Assembly (NCBI GenBank): GCA_944331915.1
Contig: CALVIR010000005.1
Span: forward strand, 1 to 55,467
Origin: an uncultured Bacilli bacterium
Lineage (GTDB): Bacteria > Bacillota_I > Bacilli_A > RF39 > UBA660
DNA length: 55,467 bases
Direction: 5' to 3'
How positions within the stretch are numbered: the stretch's first letter is position 1; every line of letters begins with the position of its first letter. Below the pieces are notes generated by a model. The model made no database searches and was not told where the DNA came from. It saw only the letters and a list, made by a program, of their open reading frames with translations. Positions 1 to 10,575 of this stretch are shown one piece after another. The translations under genes and the position numbers were made by a program.

Positions 1-86
1 TTTGGTACATTATTGTGTTTGAATATAAAATTTATAAATTTTTGATGCTTTTTTTGTAAAAAACCTAAACTCAAAATTTTAATATC

Positions 87-114
87 TTGCATATACGGAA
101 ATATATGTTATAAT
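87..114 (+). promoter_or_regulatory. Sigma-70-type promoter upstream of the tmRNA gene
   Basis: TTGCAT (87-92), 16-nt spacer, TGtTATAAT extended -10 (106-114), about 14 nt before the mature tmRNA 5' end. Confidence 0.5.
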
Positions 115-127
115 ATAGGTGTGATTT

Positions 128-508
128 GGGGATGCTTAGGTTTCGACAGAAATAATAGAGCATAAGCGGCAAGTCGAGTTGTTTACGTTACAAACAAACT
201 TAAATATAACTGGAAACAGTATTAAAACAGCATTTGCTAACTTATTTAAGAAAAACACTGAGTTAGCTTTCGCCTAGTAAAGGTAAATGCACTGTCTTTT
301 CTTGATTTCCTGTGTTAAGTTAAGATGGTTGATTTTAGCAGGATATAGTTATAGTTTGTCTAGACTATAAGTGAATTTTTTAGACTAGAGCTGTTTTATT
401 AGTTGATGGTTACTAGAAAGCAGTTCGAATTTAATTAATCATCTAAGCTTGTAGATGTTTATGTAGCTTTATTTTTGGACAGGAGTTCGATTCTCCTCAT
501 CTCCACCA
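128..508 (+). ncRNA. ssrA: tmRNA (transfer-messenger RNA)
   Basis: 5' GGGGATGCTTAGGTTTCGACAG acceptor/D-like start and 3' GGACAGGAGTTCGATTCTCCTCATCTCCACCA T-arm/acceptor/CCA end. An internal tag frame reads ...AFANLFKKNTELAFA and ends at 274, followed by tandem stops TAG TAA (275-280). The resume codon was not pinned down. Confidence 0.9.
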
Positions 509-552
509 TTGGGAAATCTGTTCGAACTTTTGAGCTTTATTATATATTTTAA

Positions 553-585
553 GATGTAGAATTAAATAGTTCTACATTTTATTTA
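553..585 (+). terminator. Rho-independent terminator after ssrA
   Basis: Hairpin GATGTAGAA / TTCTACAT followed by TTTATTT. Confidence 0.5.
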
Positions 586-931
586 TATATTTTGCATTTG
601 AAAAATTTTACATTTAAAGTTAAACTTATTATTTAAAAATTGTTGCCGAAAGAATTGATGATTTTAATTATATGTAAAAACAATAAACACAGAGTTATCA
701 TGTATTCTATTTAGAAATATAAAAAGTGATTTATTAACTGATTAGTATATGGTTAAATAATAGTGTCTGATGAAAATTAATTTAATTATTTAAATTAGGT
801 TTTTGGTACTAAAATTTGGCAGTTGATTTTGGATAAAGCATTTATTATATAATGAGGTGGAAGGACTTTTATAAATAGAGTTCTTTTTCTTATATAAAAT
901 GTGATAAGATATAACTGGAGGGAATGGATGC

Positions 932-1936
932 ATGGAAATCTTTGATAAAAAATTGATACAAAGAAAAGAGTTTGGTTTTCAATTTGCTTATAATATAGAT
1001 GATAAAGAATATAATGTACAGATTGTATATCCTCATAAGGGGAGTAATTATGCAATTCCTTATATTCTAGTATTACCAAAACAAGTTAAAGATAATTGTG
1101 TTTTAGCAGTTGAGGTAAATAATTTAGAAACAGAAAATGAAAATGAGTTATTAAATAATGCTTTATTAACAGCATATGACTTAACTAAAAAATTAATAGA
1201 GTATGATAATCCTGTATTAGTTCCAGTATTACCTAGTGTAAAGAATGGTATACCCTATTATCAACAGTTAGCAAGAGAATGTTTTTCAGTTTCAAATGAT
1301 AATAAATTTTACCAAATTGATTTACAGGTATTAAATATAATAAATGAGGCTAAACAAAAGATTTCTGAAAGGGTAACGGTTTGTGAAAAGATATTTTTGA
1401 ATGGATATTCTTCTTCGGTCGTTTTTGCTCAACGTTTTGCTCTATTACATCCAGAAATTATTAATACTCTTTGTGTAGGTGGAACGAGTGGAAGTATTCC
1501 TATGCCAATTACAGAACTTGAATATCCTCTTGGTATAGCAGATTATTTTGATATTACGGGTAAATCTTTTGATTTTGAAAAATATCAACAGATTAAATTC
1601 AGATATTATGTTGGATCTTTAGAAGAGCTTAGAAAAACATCTAATCGATACGATGAATCTTTTAATTATGCACCAATGCATGATATGAGTTATTTTGATA
1701 GAAGTGTTCCTCCTATGGTTGGACTTAAACAAAGAAATATGTTTGGAAAAAGTTTGATTGAAAGATCTAAAAAACAGATTTCTATATTGAAAGAAATGGG
1801 GCTAGATATTGAACAGATTATTTTTGATGAGCGTACACATAATAACTATAACGGTATTGGACCTAACGAATTAGGTGATGATTTTATAAGAAAATCTTAT
1901 CAGGAGTCACTTAGAAATTATAGACGACATTTTTAA
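932..1936 (+). CDS. Hypothetical protein, possibly alpha/beta-hydrolase fold
   Basis: 334-aa ORF with a GGAGGG RBS about 9 nt upstream. LNGYSSSVVFAQRFALLHP resembles a G-x-S-x-G nucleophile elbow. The family is not recognised. Confidence 0.6.
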   Translation: MEIFDKKLIQRKEFGFQFAYNIDDKEYNVQIVYPHKGSNYAIPYILVLPKQVKDNCVLAVEVNNLETENENELLNNALLTAYDLTKKLIEYDNPVLVPVLPSVKNGIPYYQQLARECFSVSNDNKFYQIDLQVLNIINEAKQKISERVTVCEKIFLNGYSSSVVFAQRFALLHPEIINTLCVGGTSGSIPMPITELEYPLGIADYFDITGKSFDFEKYQQIKFRYYVGSLEELRKTSNRYDESFNYAPMHDMSYFDRSVPPMVGLKQRNMFGKSLIERSKKQISILKEMGLDIEQIIFDERTHNNYNGIGPNELGDDFIRKSYQESLRNYRRHF

Positions 1937-2022
1937 AAATTATTATGAAATATTTATAATTTGTATAATTAGTAGTTTAATTTTTGTAGTATAATTTTAT
2001 TTGTAAGTAGGGAAGGTGTAAT

Positions 2023-2328
2023 ATGACAGTAGAAGATCAATATCGGTATATGATTAGTGGCTATTTAGGAGTTAAAGAGTTTGATACATATGAACTTAAT
2101 TTATATGTTTTAAAAGATATGGAACAGTATATAAGAGATTTTATAAATGATAATCCTAGTAATAACTTTAATTTTGCTGAAGAAATAGAAAAAATAGAGA
2201 AGGATGTACCTTATAAGACTAAGTTACAGGATGCTTTGCTTTTATTAAATAAAATAGATGCACCGATGGAATTAGTGTTTAATATTAAACATAAATTAAA
2301 AGAATTAAAAGATGAAGAAAATAAATAA
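2023..2328 (+). CDS. Hypothetical small acidic protein
   Basis: 101-aa ORF with a GGGAAGG RBS. No recognisable motif. Confidence 0.5.
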   Translation: MTVEDQYRYMISGYLGVKEFDTYELNLYVLKDMEQYIRDFINDNPSNNFNFAEEIEKIEKDVPYKTKLQDALLLLNKIDAPMELVFNIKHKLKELKDEENK

Positions 2329-2340
2329 TAGGGGAAAGAT

Positions 2341-2901
2341 ATGGAGACTTTAGAAGCGATAGAGAAAAGAAGGAGTATAAGAAAATTTACTGATAAAGAG
2401 ATATCTAAAGAAGATGTTTTAGATATCTTAAATTGTGGAAGACTTGCTCCTTCGGCTAAAAATAGGCAACCATGGTTTTTTGTGGTTGCATCTAGTGAGA
2501 TAAAAGATGAAATTGCTAAATTAATGATTGATTATGGTAATAGTGAAGATTATGCTTTAAAGTGTATTGAATTTAATTGTAATCAGAGTGTAGCTTTTAC
2601 AGGGAATGTTATGACTAAGGGAGATGTTTTAGTTTTAATTTTACGTGAAAAGGATGATAACTGGTTATTAGCAGATACTTTATCAATTGGAGCATGTGTA
2701 GAGAATATGTGTCTTAGAGCAACAGAATTAGGATTTGGTTCATTATTTATCAGTGATATTGTTACGGTTAGTAGTAAAGTTTTAGATTTAATTAACTTTA
2801 AAGAAATGGAATTAAGTTGTGCTTTATTATTAGGTTATCCTAATCAAGATCCTAAAATGAGGCCTAGAAATGATTTAAAAAATATAGTAAAATGGTTATA
2901 A
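2341..2901 (+). CDS. Nitroreductase family protein
   Basis: N-terminal RRSIRKF and APSAKNRQPWFFVV motifs are typical of NADH/FMN nitroreductases. Length is 186 aa. Confidence 0.85.
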   Translation: METLEAIEKRRSIRKFTDKEISKEDVLDILNCGRLAPSAKNRQPWFFVVASSEIKDEIAKLMIDYGNSEDYALKCIEFNCNQSVAFTGNVMTKGDVLVLILREKDDNWLLADTLSIGACVENMCLRATELGFGSLFISDIVTVSSKVLDLINFKEMELSCALLLGYPNQDPKMRPRNDLKNIVKWL

Positions 2902-2918
2902 GATGTGGAGGTATAAAA

Positions 2919-3434
2919 ATGGGAATTATTGAAACAGTTGGAGGAACGGTTGTAGGAATGTCTCTTGTTAATGGCAAGATTAAACCTAAATATGGGATTA
3001 GCAATATTATTGGTTGCATTATAATCTTTCTTTTAGATATACTTTTTGCTTTTCTATTAATATATTGTGGTATTATTAATTTTGATCTTGAGTTTATTTT
3101 CTTTCCTGCTTTAGGTGTTGTAGTTTGTACATATTTTCTTTTAATTATACCGGTTTTACAAAATCCTAATAACTTTTATATTAAATTTAAAGATTCTAAA
3201 ACTTTGGAAGGATTTGAACTTTATTATAAAAATAAAAAGGTTAATGTTGATTATAAACTAGATGAAAAGGGTAAAATAATGTTTAATAATAATATTAAGA
3301 AAAAAGATTGTATATCTTATGCTGATGGATCAAAAATGTCCAATGTGATAAAGTTTAAAATAATTAATTATTTCAGTATGTGGTTAAAATCTAAAAATCT
3401 TTTATCTGAACATGTAACTCTTTCAATTGAATGA
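2919..3434 (+). CDS. Hypothetical membrane protein
   Basis: The ORF track starts at 2892, but the internal ATG at 2919 has a GGAGG RBS. Two to three hydrophobic helices are followed by a Lys/Asn-rich soluble tail. Confidence 0.55.
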   Translation: MGIIETVGGTVVGMSLVNGKIKPKYGISNIIGCIIIFLLDILFAFLLIYCGIINFDLEFIFFPALGVVVCTYFLLIIPVLQNPNNFYIKFKDSKTLEGFELYYKNKKVNVDYKLDEKGKIMFNNNIKKKDCISYADGSKMSNVIKFKIINYFSMWLKSKNLLSEHVTLSIE

Positions 3435-3451
3435 TTTATGAGGAGGTAGAA

Positions 3452-4090
3452 ATGAAAAAATATCGTTGTACTATTTGTGGTTATATTTATGATGAGGCGA
3501 AGGAGAAAGTTAAATTTGAAGACTTACCAGATGACTGGAAATGTCCTCTTTGTGGAGCACCTAAAAATCTTTTTGAAGAAATAAAGGAAGAAAGTGCAGA
3601 GAAAACTTTAGAAAATGATGATCTTGATTCTAGTTTAATTGATGAAGAGTTAAGAGAACTATCTAATTATGAAATAGCTTTTATTCTTTCTAATCTTGCA
3701 AGAGGCTGTGATAAACAGTATTTAAAAGAAGAGAGCAGTTTATTTAGAGAATTAGCTATTTACTATGAAAATAAAGAAGAAAATGAGAAAGGTAGTTTAG
3801 ATGATGTTCTTAAGAAAATAGATAATGATATTAATTACTTTGAAAGAGCAAATAAAGTATTTTCTAAATATGAAGATAGAGGGGCTAAGAGAGTTATTAA
3901 TTGGGCTAGTAAGAGTACTAATATTATGAAAGTGGTTATAAATACTTATAAAGATAAAGGAATTGACTATCTTAAAAATACAAAAATATGGGTTTGTGAT
4001 ATATGTGGATTTGTTTATATAGGAAATACACCACCTAAAGTTTGTCCAGTATGTAAGGTTCCTAGTATTAAAATATTGGAGGTATGTTAA
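3452..4090 (+). CDS. Protein with an N-terminal rubredoxin domain and a C-terminal rubredoxin-like Cys4 knuckle
   Basis: [12 protein letters not shown]...[12 protein letters not shown] is a canonical rubredoxin. The C-terminal [10 protein letters not shown]...VCPVCK resembles the rubrerythrin tail. The central helical region lacks visible ExxH di-iron motifs. Start moved to the ATG at 3452, behind a GAGGAGG RBS. Confidence 0.7.
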   Translation: MKKYRCTICGYIYDEAKEKVKFEDLPDDWKCPLCGAPKNLFEEIKEESAEKTLENDDLDSSLIDEELRELSNYEIAFILSNLARGCDKQYLKEESSLFRELAIYYENKEENEKGSLDDVLKKIDNDINYFERANKVFSKYEDRGAKRVINWASKSTNIMKVVINTYKDKGIDYLKNTKIWVCDICGFVYIGNTPPKVCPVCKVPSIKILEVC

Positions 4091-4091
4091 G

Positions 4092-4592
4092 ATGGAGAAG
4101 AAAAGTGAGAGACATGCTTATAGAGATTTAAATATTTGTACTAAAGATTGTTTATGCCTTTTTGTTTGTCCAACGGGAGCAACTGATAATGAAACAGGAC
4201 AGATTGATTTTGATAAATGTATAGGTTGTGGGGCTTGTGCAGCTGCTTGTCCATCAAAAGTTATTAGTATGTTGCCTAGAGTTTATCCTAAACAAAAGGT
4301 AAAAGAGCAAGCAGTTATAAATGAATTATTAACTCTTGCTGATAATAAGATAAGTCAGATTAAAATTTTAAAGAATTTATTAGATGAAGCTAAAAGTGAA
4401 GAAGAGAGGAAATTTTTAAAAACATTAATCCATGCTAATAAAGTGATGATTGAAGATATGATGAGAGAAGCAGGTTATATGTTACCTCAGTCTTCTAACA
4501 CTAACAAACTTTTGCGTAGTCTTAAAAATAAAGATAATGTTAATGCTAATATAATAGATAAATTATTAGAGAAGATAGAGGTTAATGATTAG
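4092..4592 (+). CDS. 4Fe-4S dicluster ferredoxin-domain protein with a helical C-terminal extension
   Basis: The CxxCxxCxxxCP motif CIGCGACAAACP plus the upstream CTKDCLCLFVCP cluster ligands. The gene is tightly coupled to the preceding rubredoxin-domain gene. Confidence 0.75.
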   Translation: MEKKSERHAYRDLNICTKDCLCLFVCPTGATDNETGQIDFDKCIGCGACAAACPSKVISMLPRVYPKQKVKEQAVINELLTLADNKISQIKILKNLLDEAKSEEERKFLKTLIHANKVMIEDMMREAGYMLPQSSNTNKLLRSLKNKDNVNANIIDKLLEKIEVND

Positions 4593-4669
4593 ATTAAGAT
4601 TTAGAAAAATTATACAATTAAGTATAGTTTTTTTTCTTTTGTTCATATTAATATTGGGAGGAAAAAATA

Positions 4670-4897
4670 ATGCAAGAAAATTATAATGCTGTACCTAATA
4701 TTATTAGTTGTAAAGACTTAGATTATCTTAGTGATATGTTTAATTGGAATTATGGAGCATATAAAAGTACTAGTAATGCTATTAATACTGTTAGTGATGC
4801 AGAGATTAAAGCGATGCTTAGTAAAGCTAGTAATATATTTCAAGGGAATATTACAAAGGTCTTAAATATTATGAAAAGAGGTGGCTCTAATGAATAA
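4670..4897 (+). CDS. Small Coat F-like / spore-coat-associated protein
   Basis: 75-aa ORF with a GGGAGG RBS. The DLDYLSDMFNW..YKS pattern resembles the N-terminal part of the Coat F family. It overlaps the next CotF-family gene. Confidence 0.5.
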   Translation: MQENYNAVPNIISCKDLDYLSDMFNWNYGAYKSTSNAINTVSDAEIKAMLSKASNIFQGNITKVLNIMKRGGSNE

Positions 4898-5207
4898 TAA
4901 TGAGATTAAAAATCCAAAGACTGTGGTTCCTACTGGTATTGCTTTAAATGATAAAGACTATATTAGTAGTTTACTTAGTACTTTAAAAATGTTAGTGAAA
5001 AATTATGCAGTTAGTTTAACTGAAGCTAGTAATGAGACTTTATATCAAGAGTATAAGATGATGTTTGATAGTTATTCCTCTTTACAAAGAGAGGTATATG
5101 AGTTAATGTTTAGAAAAGGGTGGTATACTTTGGAAAAAGCAGAAACTTTTAAAATTGATAATAAACATCAGACTTTAAATCAAGAATTTATGAGTTTAAA
5201 TGGTTAA
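4881..5207 (+). CDS. Spore coat protein F (Coat_F domain) family
   Basis: LNDKDYISSLLSTLKMLVKNYAVSLTEASNETLYQEY...EVYELMFRKGWY matches the CotF-family signature, including the terminal ..RGWY-type motif. Confidence 0.8.
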   Translation: MALMNNNEIKNPKTVVPTGIALNDKDYISSLLSTLKMLVKNYAVSLTEASNETLYQEYKMMFDSYSSLQREVYELMFRKGWYTLEKAETFKIDNKHQTLNQEFMSLNG

Positions 5208-5220
5208 AAAGAAAACAGTG

Positions 5221-7743
5221 TCAGGTAGTTGGCACTGTTTTTGCATATCTTTTTACTTTATTTTTGTTAAGAGCAGATGAACCTTTCTGATTACGTTCTT
5301 CTAAGGTTATGTTCTTTAAAATATCAAAGTTAACACTTAATTCTTTATGATCAGCATAGTTTGTTTGAACTCTGACTAAATGCCCTGTTTTTAATACCAA
5401 TCTGCCATTACTATCTACTAAACATTTTTTGGAATTCTCATAGTTTATATTAGGAATATCATGATATTCTATGTAACCAGGAATATGGGTTGTAGTTCGA
5501 AGATAAGCTTTCGTTTCATCAATATTGGTTACTAAAGCGTAATAGCATTTATCGGGATGACGTTCAACATAGTTTAGCATTTTTATTAGTTCGATTTCTC
5601 GTTCTAAAGCGTCAGCATTATATTCTTTTAAAGTGCAGTGTTCACATATTTCTTCTAAAGTAGCGGTGTCTTCTATTTCATCTAAAGCTCCTCGTTGATA
5701 AGAGTCAATAATTTGTTGAGCTTTTAAATCAGGGTATCGTCTAATTGGAGAGGTTGAATGGGTGTAGTAGTTTAAACTAAGACCAAAGTGACCTTCTGGA
5801 TATGGAGAATAAGCAGCTCTTGGCATAGAACGTAGTAAAACATTAGATACAATAGGGTAATCACTAGTATTATAATATTCATTTAAAGTTAGCATAATAA
5901 ACTCATTAGGAGTAAGTCCATTTGGATTAGGAATGTTATAACCTAAGCTTTTTAGTTTGTTAATAGCATTAGTTAACATTCTTTGATCTGGGGCTTGGTG
6001 AACTCTATTTATAGATGTACCTACAATATAATTTAAATAAACTGATTGACAGTGATTGTATAGAATCATCGCATTTTCAATTATTTTACCAGCTTTACCA
6101 TTGCTTTTGTTTTCAATATCGGTAATATTACCATTTTCATCTTCGATAAAAGAGGTTTCAGTTTCAGCGAAGGTTAACATGCCTTCATCAAGTCTTTTCT
6201 TAGTTAAAATATCAGATAATTCTTCTAGTAATTTTAAATCATTAACAAAGGGAGCATAGCTAGCATCATAAATATTTTCTGTTAAGAGTTTATTAACTTT
6301 GGAATAACTCATTTTTAGTTTTGATTCGATAACAGAATTTACTAAGTTATAATTTAATAACTCTCCACTTGGAGATATTTCCATGATACAGCTTCTAGTT
6401 AGTCTTGGTTCATTAGGATTTAAAGAACAAATACCATTAGATAATTTTTTAGGTAAGTTTGGTATGACCATGTTAGCAGGATAAACGGATAAACCTCGTT
6501 CATAGGCTTCTAAATCAAGGACACTACCTCTTTTGACATAATGAGAAACATGAGCGATGTGAACACCTAGGATATAATTACCATTTTCATTTTTCATAAT
6601 ACTTACAGCATCATCTATATCTTTCGTATTATCACAGTCAATGGTAAAGATATTAAATCGGTTTCTAAAATCGTAACGATTTACTAAATCTTTAGCGGTT
6701 ATTTCGTTAGGAAGAAGATTAGCTTCATTTAGAGCGGCTTTGCTAAAATCAATTTTAAAGCCATATTTAGTAGCGAGAGAGATAATATCTATATCTTTGT
6801 CAGTAATATTACCAATTGTACTTAAATAGTCGGCTTCATAAACATTATCATTTGTTTTTTCTAAAGAGATATTTGCAGTTATTCGATCGCCAAGTTTTAA
6901 TTTTTTCATATCAATAGAACCAATTCTAACATTTATTTTGCCACGACCAGGAATAAGAATAGGTTCAAGGGTTTTAACACCATCTTTTTCCACAACTTCT
7001 AGAATGACTTCATGATTGTTCCTTTTAATAATTTTGGTAATCTTTTTAGTACTCTTAGATACAGCGATAAGGTCTTCTTCGATAGCTCCTTCAAGTTCGG
7101 TTTTGCTTTTATAAATTCTTTTACCATCAAGTTCAAAATAAGGATAACCTTTAGAATCTAACTGTAATTTAGTTAAAGCTAGAGTATTTGGCCAACTTTG
7201 ATAGATGTTTCCATCGAGGTATATCTTTCCTTTTGACTCTAAATCGTTAAGTAGGTTCTTTAGCTTGCTTATTTTTTCCCTATCTTTAGCAAGAGATAGA
7301 CGTTTTATTTGTTTATAGGTTAAATCAGTTTCTTTTAAAGCATTAAGTAAAAATTCTTGAAATGATGATAGATTTCTGCTTAATACTTTAATAATTCTTG
7401 GAATTTCTTCTTTTGTTGTGATAACTATATCACCAGGCAGTACTAAGTGGCCTTGTTTATTTTTCTCATTAATAGGATGTTTGTCTTGTTCTAATACTAA
7501 ATTATCATTATCTTTGACGATAGTATCAATTTGAAATTTTTCTTTTGGAAATAAAGTGTAAGTTCCTCTTTTTAGATTGTAAATTTCGCCTTTTGTTTCT
7601 AAAGTTGCTAAGGCTTTTAGAAATTTACCTCTTTCTTGAAATGTTGTGATATTAATTTTTCGCTCTAATTGTTTGAAATTTAGTTTTTCTTTCTCTTTTA
7701 AAGCTTCAATTATTGCTCTTTGATAATCATTATTTGTTTGCAT
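5221..7743 (-). CDS. rnr: Ribonuclease R (RNB family 3'-5' exoribonuclease)
   Basis: The RNB active-site block FTIDCDNTKDIDDAVS, two N-terminal winged-helix-like repeats and a C-terminal S1-like region followed by a basic tail. Length is 840 aa. Confidence 0.9.
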   Translation of the reverse strand: MQTNNDYQRAIIEALKEKEKLNFKQLERKINITTFQERGKFLKALATLETKGEIYNLKRGTYTLFPKEKFQIDTIVKDNDNLVLEQDKHPINEKNKQGHLVLPGDIVITTKEEIPRIIKVLSRNLSSFQEFLLNALKETDLTYKQIKRLSLAKDREKISKLKNLLNDLESKGKIYLDGNIYQSWPNTLALTKLQLDSKGYPYFELDGKRIYKSKTELEGAIEEDLIAVSKSTKKITKIIKRNNHEVILEVVEKDGVKTLEPILIPGRGKINVRIGSIDMKKLKLGDRITANISLEKTNDNVYEADYLSTIGNITDKDIDIISLATKYGFKIDFSKAALNEANLLPNEITAKDLVNRYDFRNRFNIFTIDCDNTKDIDDAVSIMKNENGNYILGVHIAHVSHYVKRGSVLDLEAYERGLSVYPANMVIPNLPKKLSNGICSLNPNEPRLTRSCIMEISPSGELLNYNLVNSVIESKLKMSYSKVNKLLTENIYDASYAPFVNDLKLLEELSDILTKKRLDEGMLTFAETETSFIEDENGNITDIENKSNGKAGKIIENAMILYNHCQSVYLNYIVGTSINRVHQAPDQRMLTNAINKLKSLGYNIPNPNGLTPNEFIMLTLNEYYNTSDYPIVSNVLLRSMPRAAYSPYPEGHFGLSLNYYTHSTSPIRRYPDLKAQQIIDSYQRGALDEIEDTATLEEICEHCTLKEYNADALEREIELIKMLNYVERHPDKCYYALVTNIDETKAYLRTTTHIPGYIEYHDIPNINYENSKKCLVDSNGRLVLKTGHLVRVQTNYADHKELSVNFDILKNITLEERNQKGSSALNKNKVKRYAKTVPTT

Positions 7744-7938
7744 AACTCCTCCATAATAAAAGATAATACCAGGACGGCATTATCTTTGACTTGTAGGATG
7801 AGAAAATAATTTTAGTTCTTTATAACTTAAGCATAAAACCATAATTTTCCCTCCCTTTAATTTGATTTTAGCATTAATTTCGAAAAAATAAAATAAAAAA
7901 TTTAAAATATAGTATATAATAGTTAAGAGGAGGAATTT

Positions 7939-10269
7939 ATGCTTGAATTAAAAAACATTAAAAAAAGTTATAAAACTGGTGATTTCGTACAACACGCTTT
8001 GAAAGATGTCAGTTTAAAGTTTAGAAAATGTGAGTTTGTTGCTATTTTAGGTAGCAGTGGTAGTGGAAAGACAACTCTGTTAAATATCCTTGGGGGACTT
8101 GACCGTTATGATAGTGGAGACTTAATCATTAATAATAAAAGTACAAAGAAATTTAAAAGTGTTGAGTGGGATTACTATCGTAATAATTGTGTGGGCTTTA
8201 TTTTTCAATCATATAATTTAATTAGTCATATAAGTGTCTTAGAAAATGTAGAGATGGCTTTAATTCTTAGTGGATATAAGAAAAAAGATTGTAAGGAGAA
8301 AGCACTAGCAGCATTAGAAAGAGTAGGTCTTAAAGATCATGCACATAAGAAGCCTAATCAATTATCTGGAGGACAGATGCAGCGAGTAGCGATTGCTAGA
8401 GCTTTAGTAAATGATCCAGAGATAATTTTAGCAGATGAACCGACAGGGGCTTTAGATTCAGTTACAAGTGTACAGATTATGGATCTTATTAAAGAAATTG
8501 CTAAAGATAAGTTGGTTATTATGGTGACACACAATCCAGATCTTGCTAAGAGTTATGCTAATAGAATTATTGAACTTAAAGATGGAGAAATATTAAGTGA
8601 TAGTAATCCGGTTAAAGAAAAAGAAAATGGTAAAGAAAAGCTTAAGATTAAGAAAACAGTTTTGGCTTATAGGTCGGCTTTAAAATTATCTTTTAATAAT
8701 ATAAAAACAAAAAAAGGAAGAACATTTCTTACCTCTTTTGCGGCTTCAATAGGGATTATTGGGATTGCTTTAATTTTATCACTATCAAATGGTTTTCAAC
8801 TAAAAATTGATGAATATGAAGAGGATACCTTATCACAGATGCCTATTACTATTAGTACACAGGCGATGAATATAAATGAGGAAACAATGAAAAGTGTTAT
8901 GGGGAAAGAGAATGGACATGAAGAATATAGTGATGATAAAGTAATTTACCCTAGAGATAATAGTTTAGAGACAATGTTACATGTCAATAATATTAATAGT
9001 GATTATATTGATTATATTGAAAAGATGGATAAGGATATGCTTAATGCGATTGGTTATGAATATGGGACAACATTAAATGTAGTTACTAAGAAAAATGATG
9101 GTACTTATGCATTGGTACCAACTGCGACTAATTATAGTATGTCTACCACATCTATGACAGGAGTAGTTGGATGGACTCTTTATCCAAATAGTGTCACAGA
9201 AAATAGTATGCTTGAGAAAGATTATGATATTTTAGCAGGGGATGTTAATAGAGAGGAAGCAGGTATTATTATTGCTGTTAATTCTAGAAATGAACTTAAT
9301 TCGGCAATCTTAGAACAACTTGGATTTGATACTAGTGATAGTATAGCTTTTGAAGATATTTTAGATAAAGAGTTGAAAGTTGTACCTAATGATGTTTATT
9401 ATGAAGAGTTTGGTGATTACTTTGTACCAAGTAATGATTATCAAAGAATGTATGAAAGTAGTGAAGCGATAACACTTAAGGTTCAGGCAATTATAAGAGG
9501 TAAAGAGGATAAAAATGAGTTAACTCAGTCTGGAATATATTATAATTCAGCTTTGGTTGATTTAGTTATTGCTAAAAATAAAGACAGTAAGATTGTTAAT
9601 AAACAAAAAGAGGTTGATTACAATATTTTAACGGGACAAGCTTTTGATGAGACATCTTCAACAGTTACTAAAGATAATATTTTAGGAGTATTAGGAGCAG
9701 AGGTAACACCTTCAATAATCTATTTATATCCAAAAGACTTTGAAACTAAGGATTATATTACAGATTATTTAGATTCCTATAATGAAGATAAAAGTGAAGA
9801 AGAGCAAATACTATATACTGATTATGCAGCGATGATAAGTTCTTTATCAGGTAGTATTATGGATGCGGTTACTTATGTTTTGATTGCTTTTTCATCTATT
9901 TCTTTAATTGTCTCTTGTATTATGATTGCAATAATTACTTATATATCAGTATTAGAGAGAACAAAGGAAATTGGTATATTAAGAGCACTTGGTGCTAGAG
10001 GAAAGGATATTACAAGAGTCTTTAATGCAGAAACATTTATAATTGGAGTTTGTAGTGGACTTTTAGGTTTGATAATTGCTTATGTTTTAACAATTCCAAT
10101 AAATATGTTAATAGAGAATTTAGCAGGTTTACCTAATGTAGCTAATCTTAATCCAATTCATGCTCTTATCTTATTAATTATTAGTGTTACTTTAACTGTT
10201 TTAAGTGGTTTTATTCCTTCAAAAATGGCTAGTAAGAAAGATCCGGTTATTGCTCTTAGAACAGAATAG
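7939..10269 (+). CDS. Fused ABC transporter ATP-binding protein / FtsX-type permease (MacB-like)
   Basis: Walker [10 protein letters not shown], signature LSGGQMQR, Walker B ILADEPT, then a large extracytoplasmic domain and a C-terminal FtsX-like four-helix bundle. Confidence 0.9.
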   Translation: MLELKNIKKSYKTGDFVQHALKDVSLKFRKCEFVAILGSSGSGKTTLLNILGGLDRYDSGDLIINNKSTKKFKSVEWDYYRNNCVGFIFQSYNLISHISVLENVEMALILSGYKKKDCKEKALAALERVGLKDHAHKKPNQLSGGQMQRVAIARALVNDPEIILADEPTGALDSVTSVQIMDLIKEIAKDKLVIMVTHNPDLAKSYANRIIELKDGEILSDSNPVKEKENGKEKLKIKKTVLAYRSALKLSFNNIKTKKGRTFLTSFAASIGIIGIALILSLSNGFQLKIDEYEEDTLSQMPITISTQAMNINEETMKSVMGKENGHEEYSDDKVIYPRDNSLETMLHVNNINSDYIDYIEKMDKDMLNAIGYEYGTTLNVVTKKNDGTYALVPTATNYSMSTTSMTGVVGWTLYPNSVTENSMLEKDYDILAGDVNREEAGIIIAVNSRNELNSAILEQLGFDTSDSIAFEDILDKELKVVPNDVYYEEFGDYFVPSNDYQRMYESSEAITLKVQAIIRGKEDKNELTQSGIYYNSALVDLVIAKNKDSKIVNKQKEVDYNILTGQAFDETSSTVTKDNILGVLGAEVTPSIIYLYPKDFETKDYITDYLDSYNEDKSEEEQILYTDYAAMISSLSGSIMDAVTYVLIAFSSISLIVSCIMIAIITYISVLERTKEIGILRALGARGKDITRVFNAETFIIGVCSGLLGLIIAYVLTIPINMLIENLAGLPNVANLNPIHALILLIISVTLTVLSGFIPSKMASKKDPVIALRTE

Positions 10270-10318
10270 ACTTTTCTAATTATAAAAACTTTGCTATAAT
10301 AAGTAGTGAAGCTTTTAT

Positions 10319-10391
10319 GCCGACTTAGCTCAGTTGGTAGAGCAACTCATTCGTAATGAGTAGGTCGAAGGTTCAAGTCCTTTAGTCGGCA
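10319..10391 (+). tRNA. tRNA-Thr (anticodon CGT)
   Basis: The GCCGACT/AGTCGGC acceptor stem, an AGCTCAGTTGGTAGAGC D-arm, the anticodon loop TTCGTAA and a GGTTCAAGTCC T-arm. CCA is not encoded. A TGcTATAAT extended -10 lies upstream. Confidence 0.9.
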
Positions 10392-10575
10392 CCGTATAAT
10401 ATAAATATGATAAGGATGTGATATTCATATGCCTGAAGCTCTTTATGATATTTTGATATTAATAGAAGAGAAAAATAATTATGATTAACTTTCAACAAAG
10501 AGTGTTGGTAATCAAAGATTATATTATTTTAATATACGTAACAGGGTTGATGATTTAATAGGACATTTATTTGAA

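Noticed and set aside
4593-4669. Sigma-K/sigma-E-type sporulation promoter upstream of the Coat F genes (CATATTAAT -10-like element)
   Set aside because: A CATA---TA-like -10 is present, but I could not find an appropriately spaced AC -35 element. The support is too weak in AT-rich sequence.
510-5220. tmRNA-adjacent genomic island between ssrA and rnr
   Set aside because: I looked for a duplicated copy of the ssrA 3' end (att-like) and for an integrase or recombinase and saw neither. The gene content is redox and spore-coat, not mobile.
6056-6259. Short ORFs antisense to or overlapping confident genes: 6056..6259, 795..1079, 10788..11006, 25272..25511, 26423..26632, 35271..35459, 36268..36450, 37562..37765, 37961..38236, 39678..39860, 47386..47589, 54806..55042
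   Set aside because: All lie opposite or overlapping strongly supported genes. They have no RBS and give low-complexity Ile/Phe/Leu/Ser-rich translations expected by chance in AT-rich DNA.
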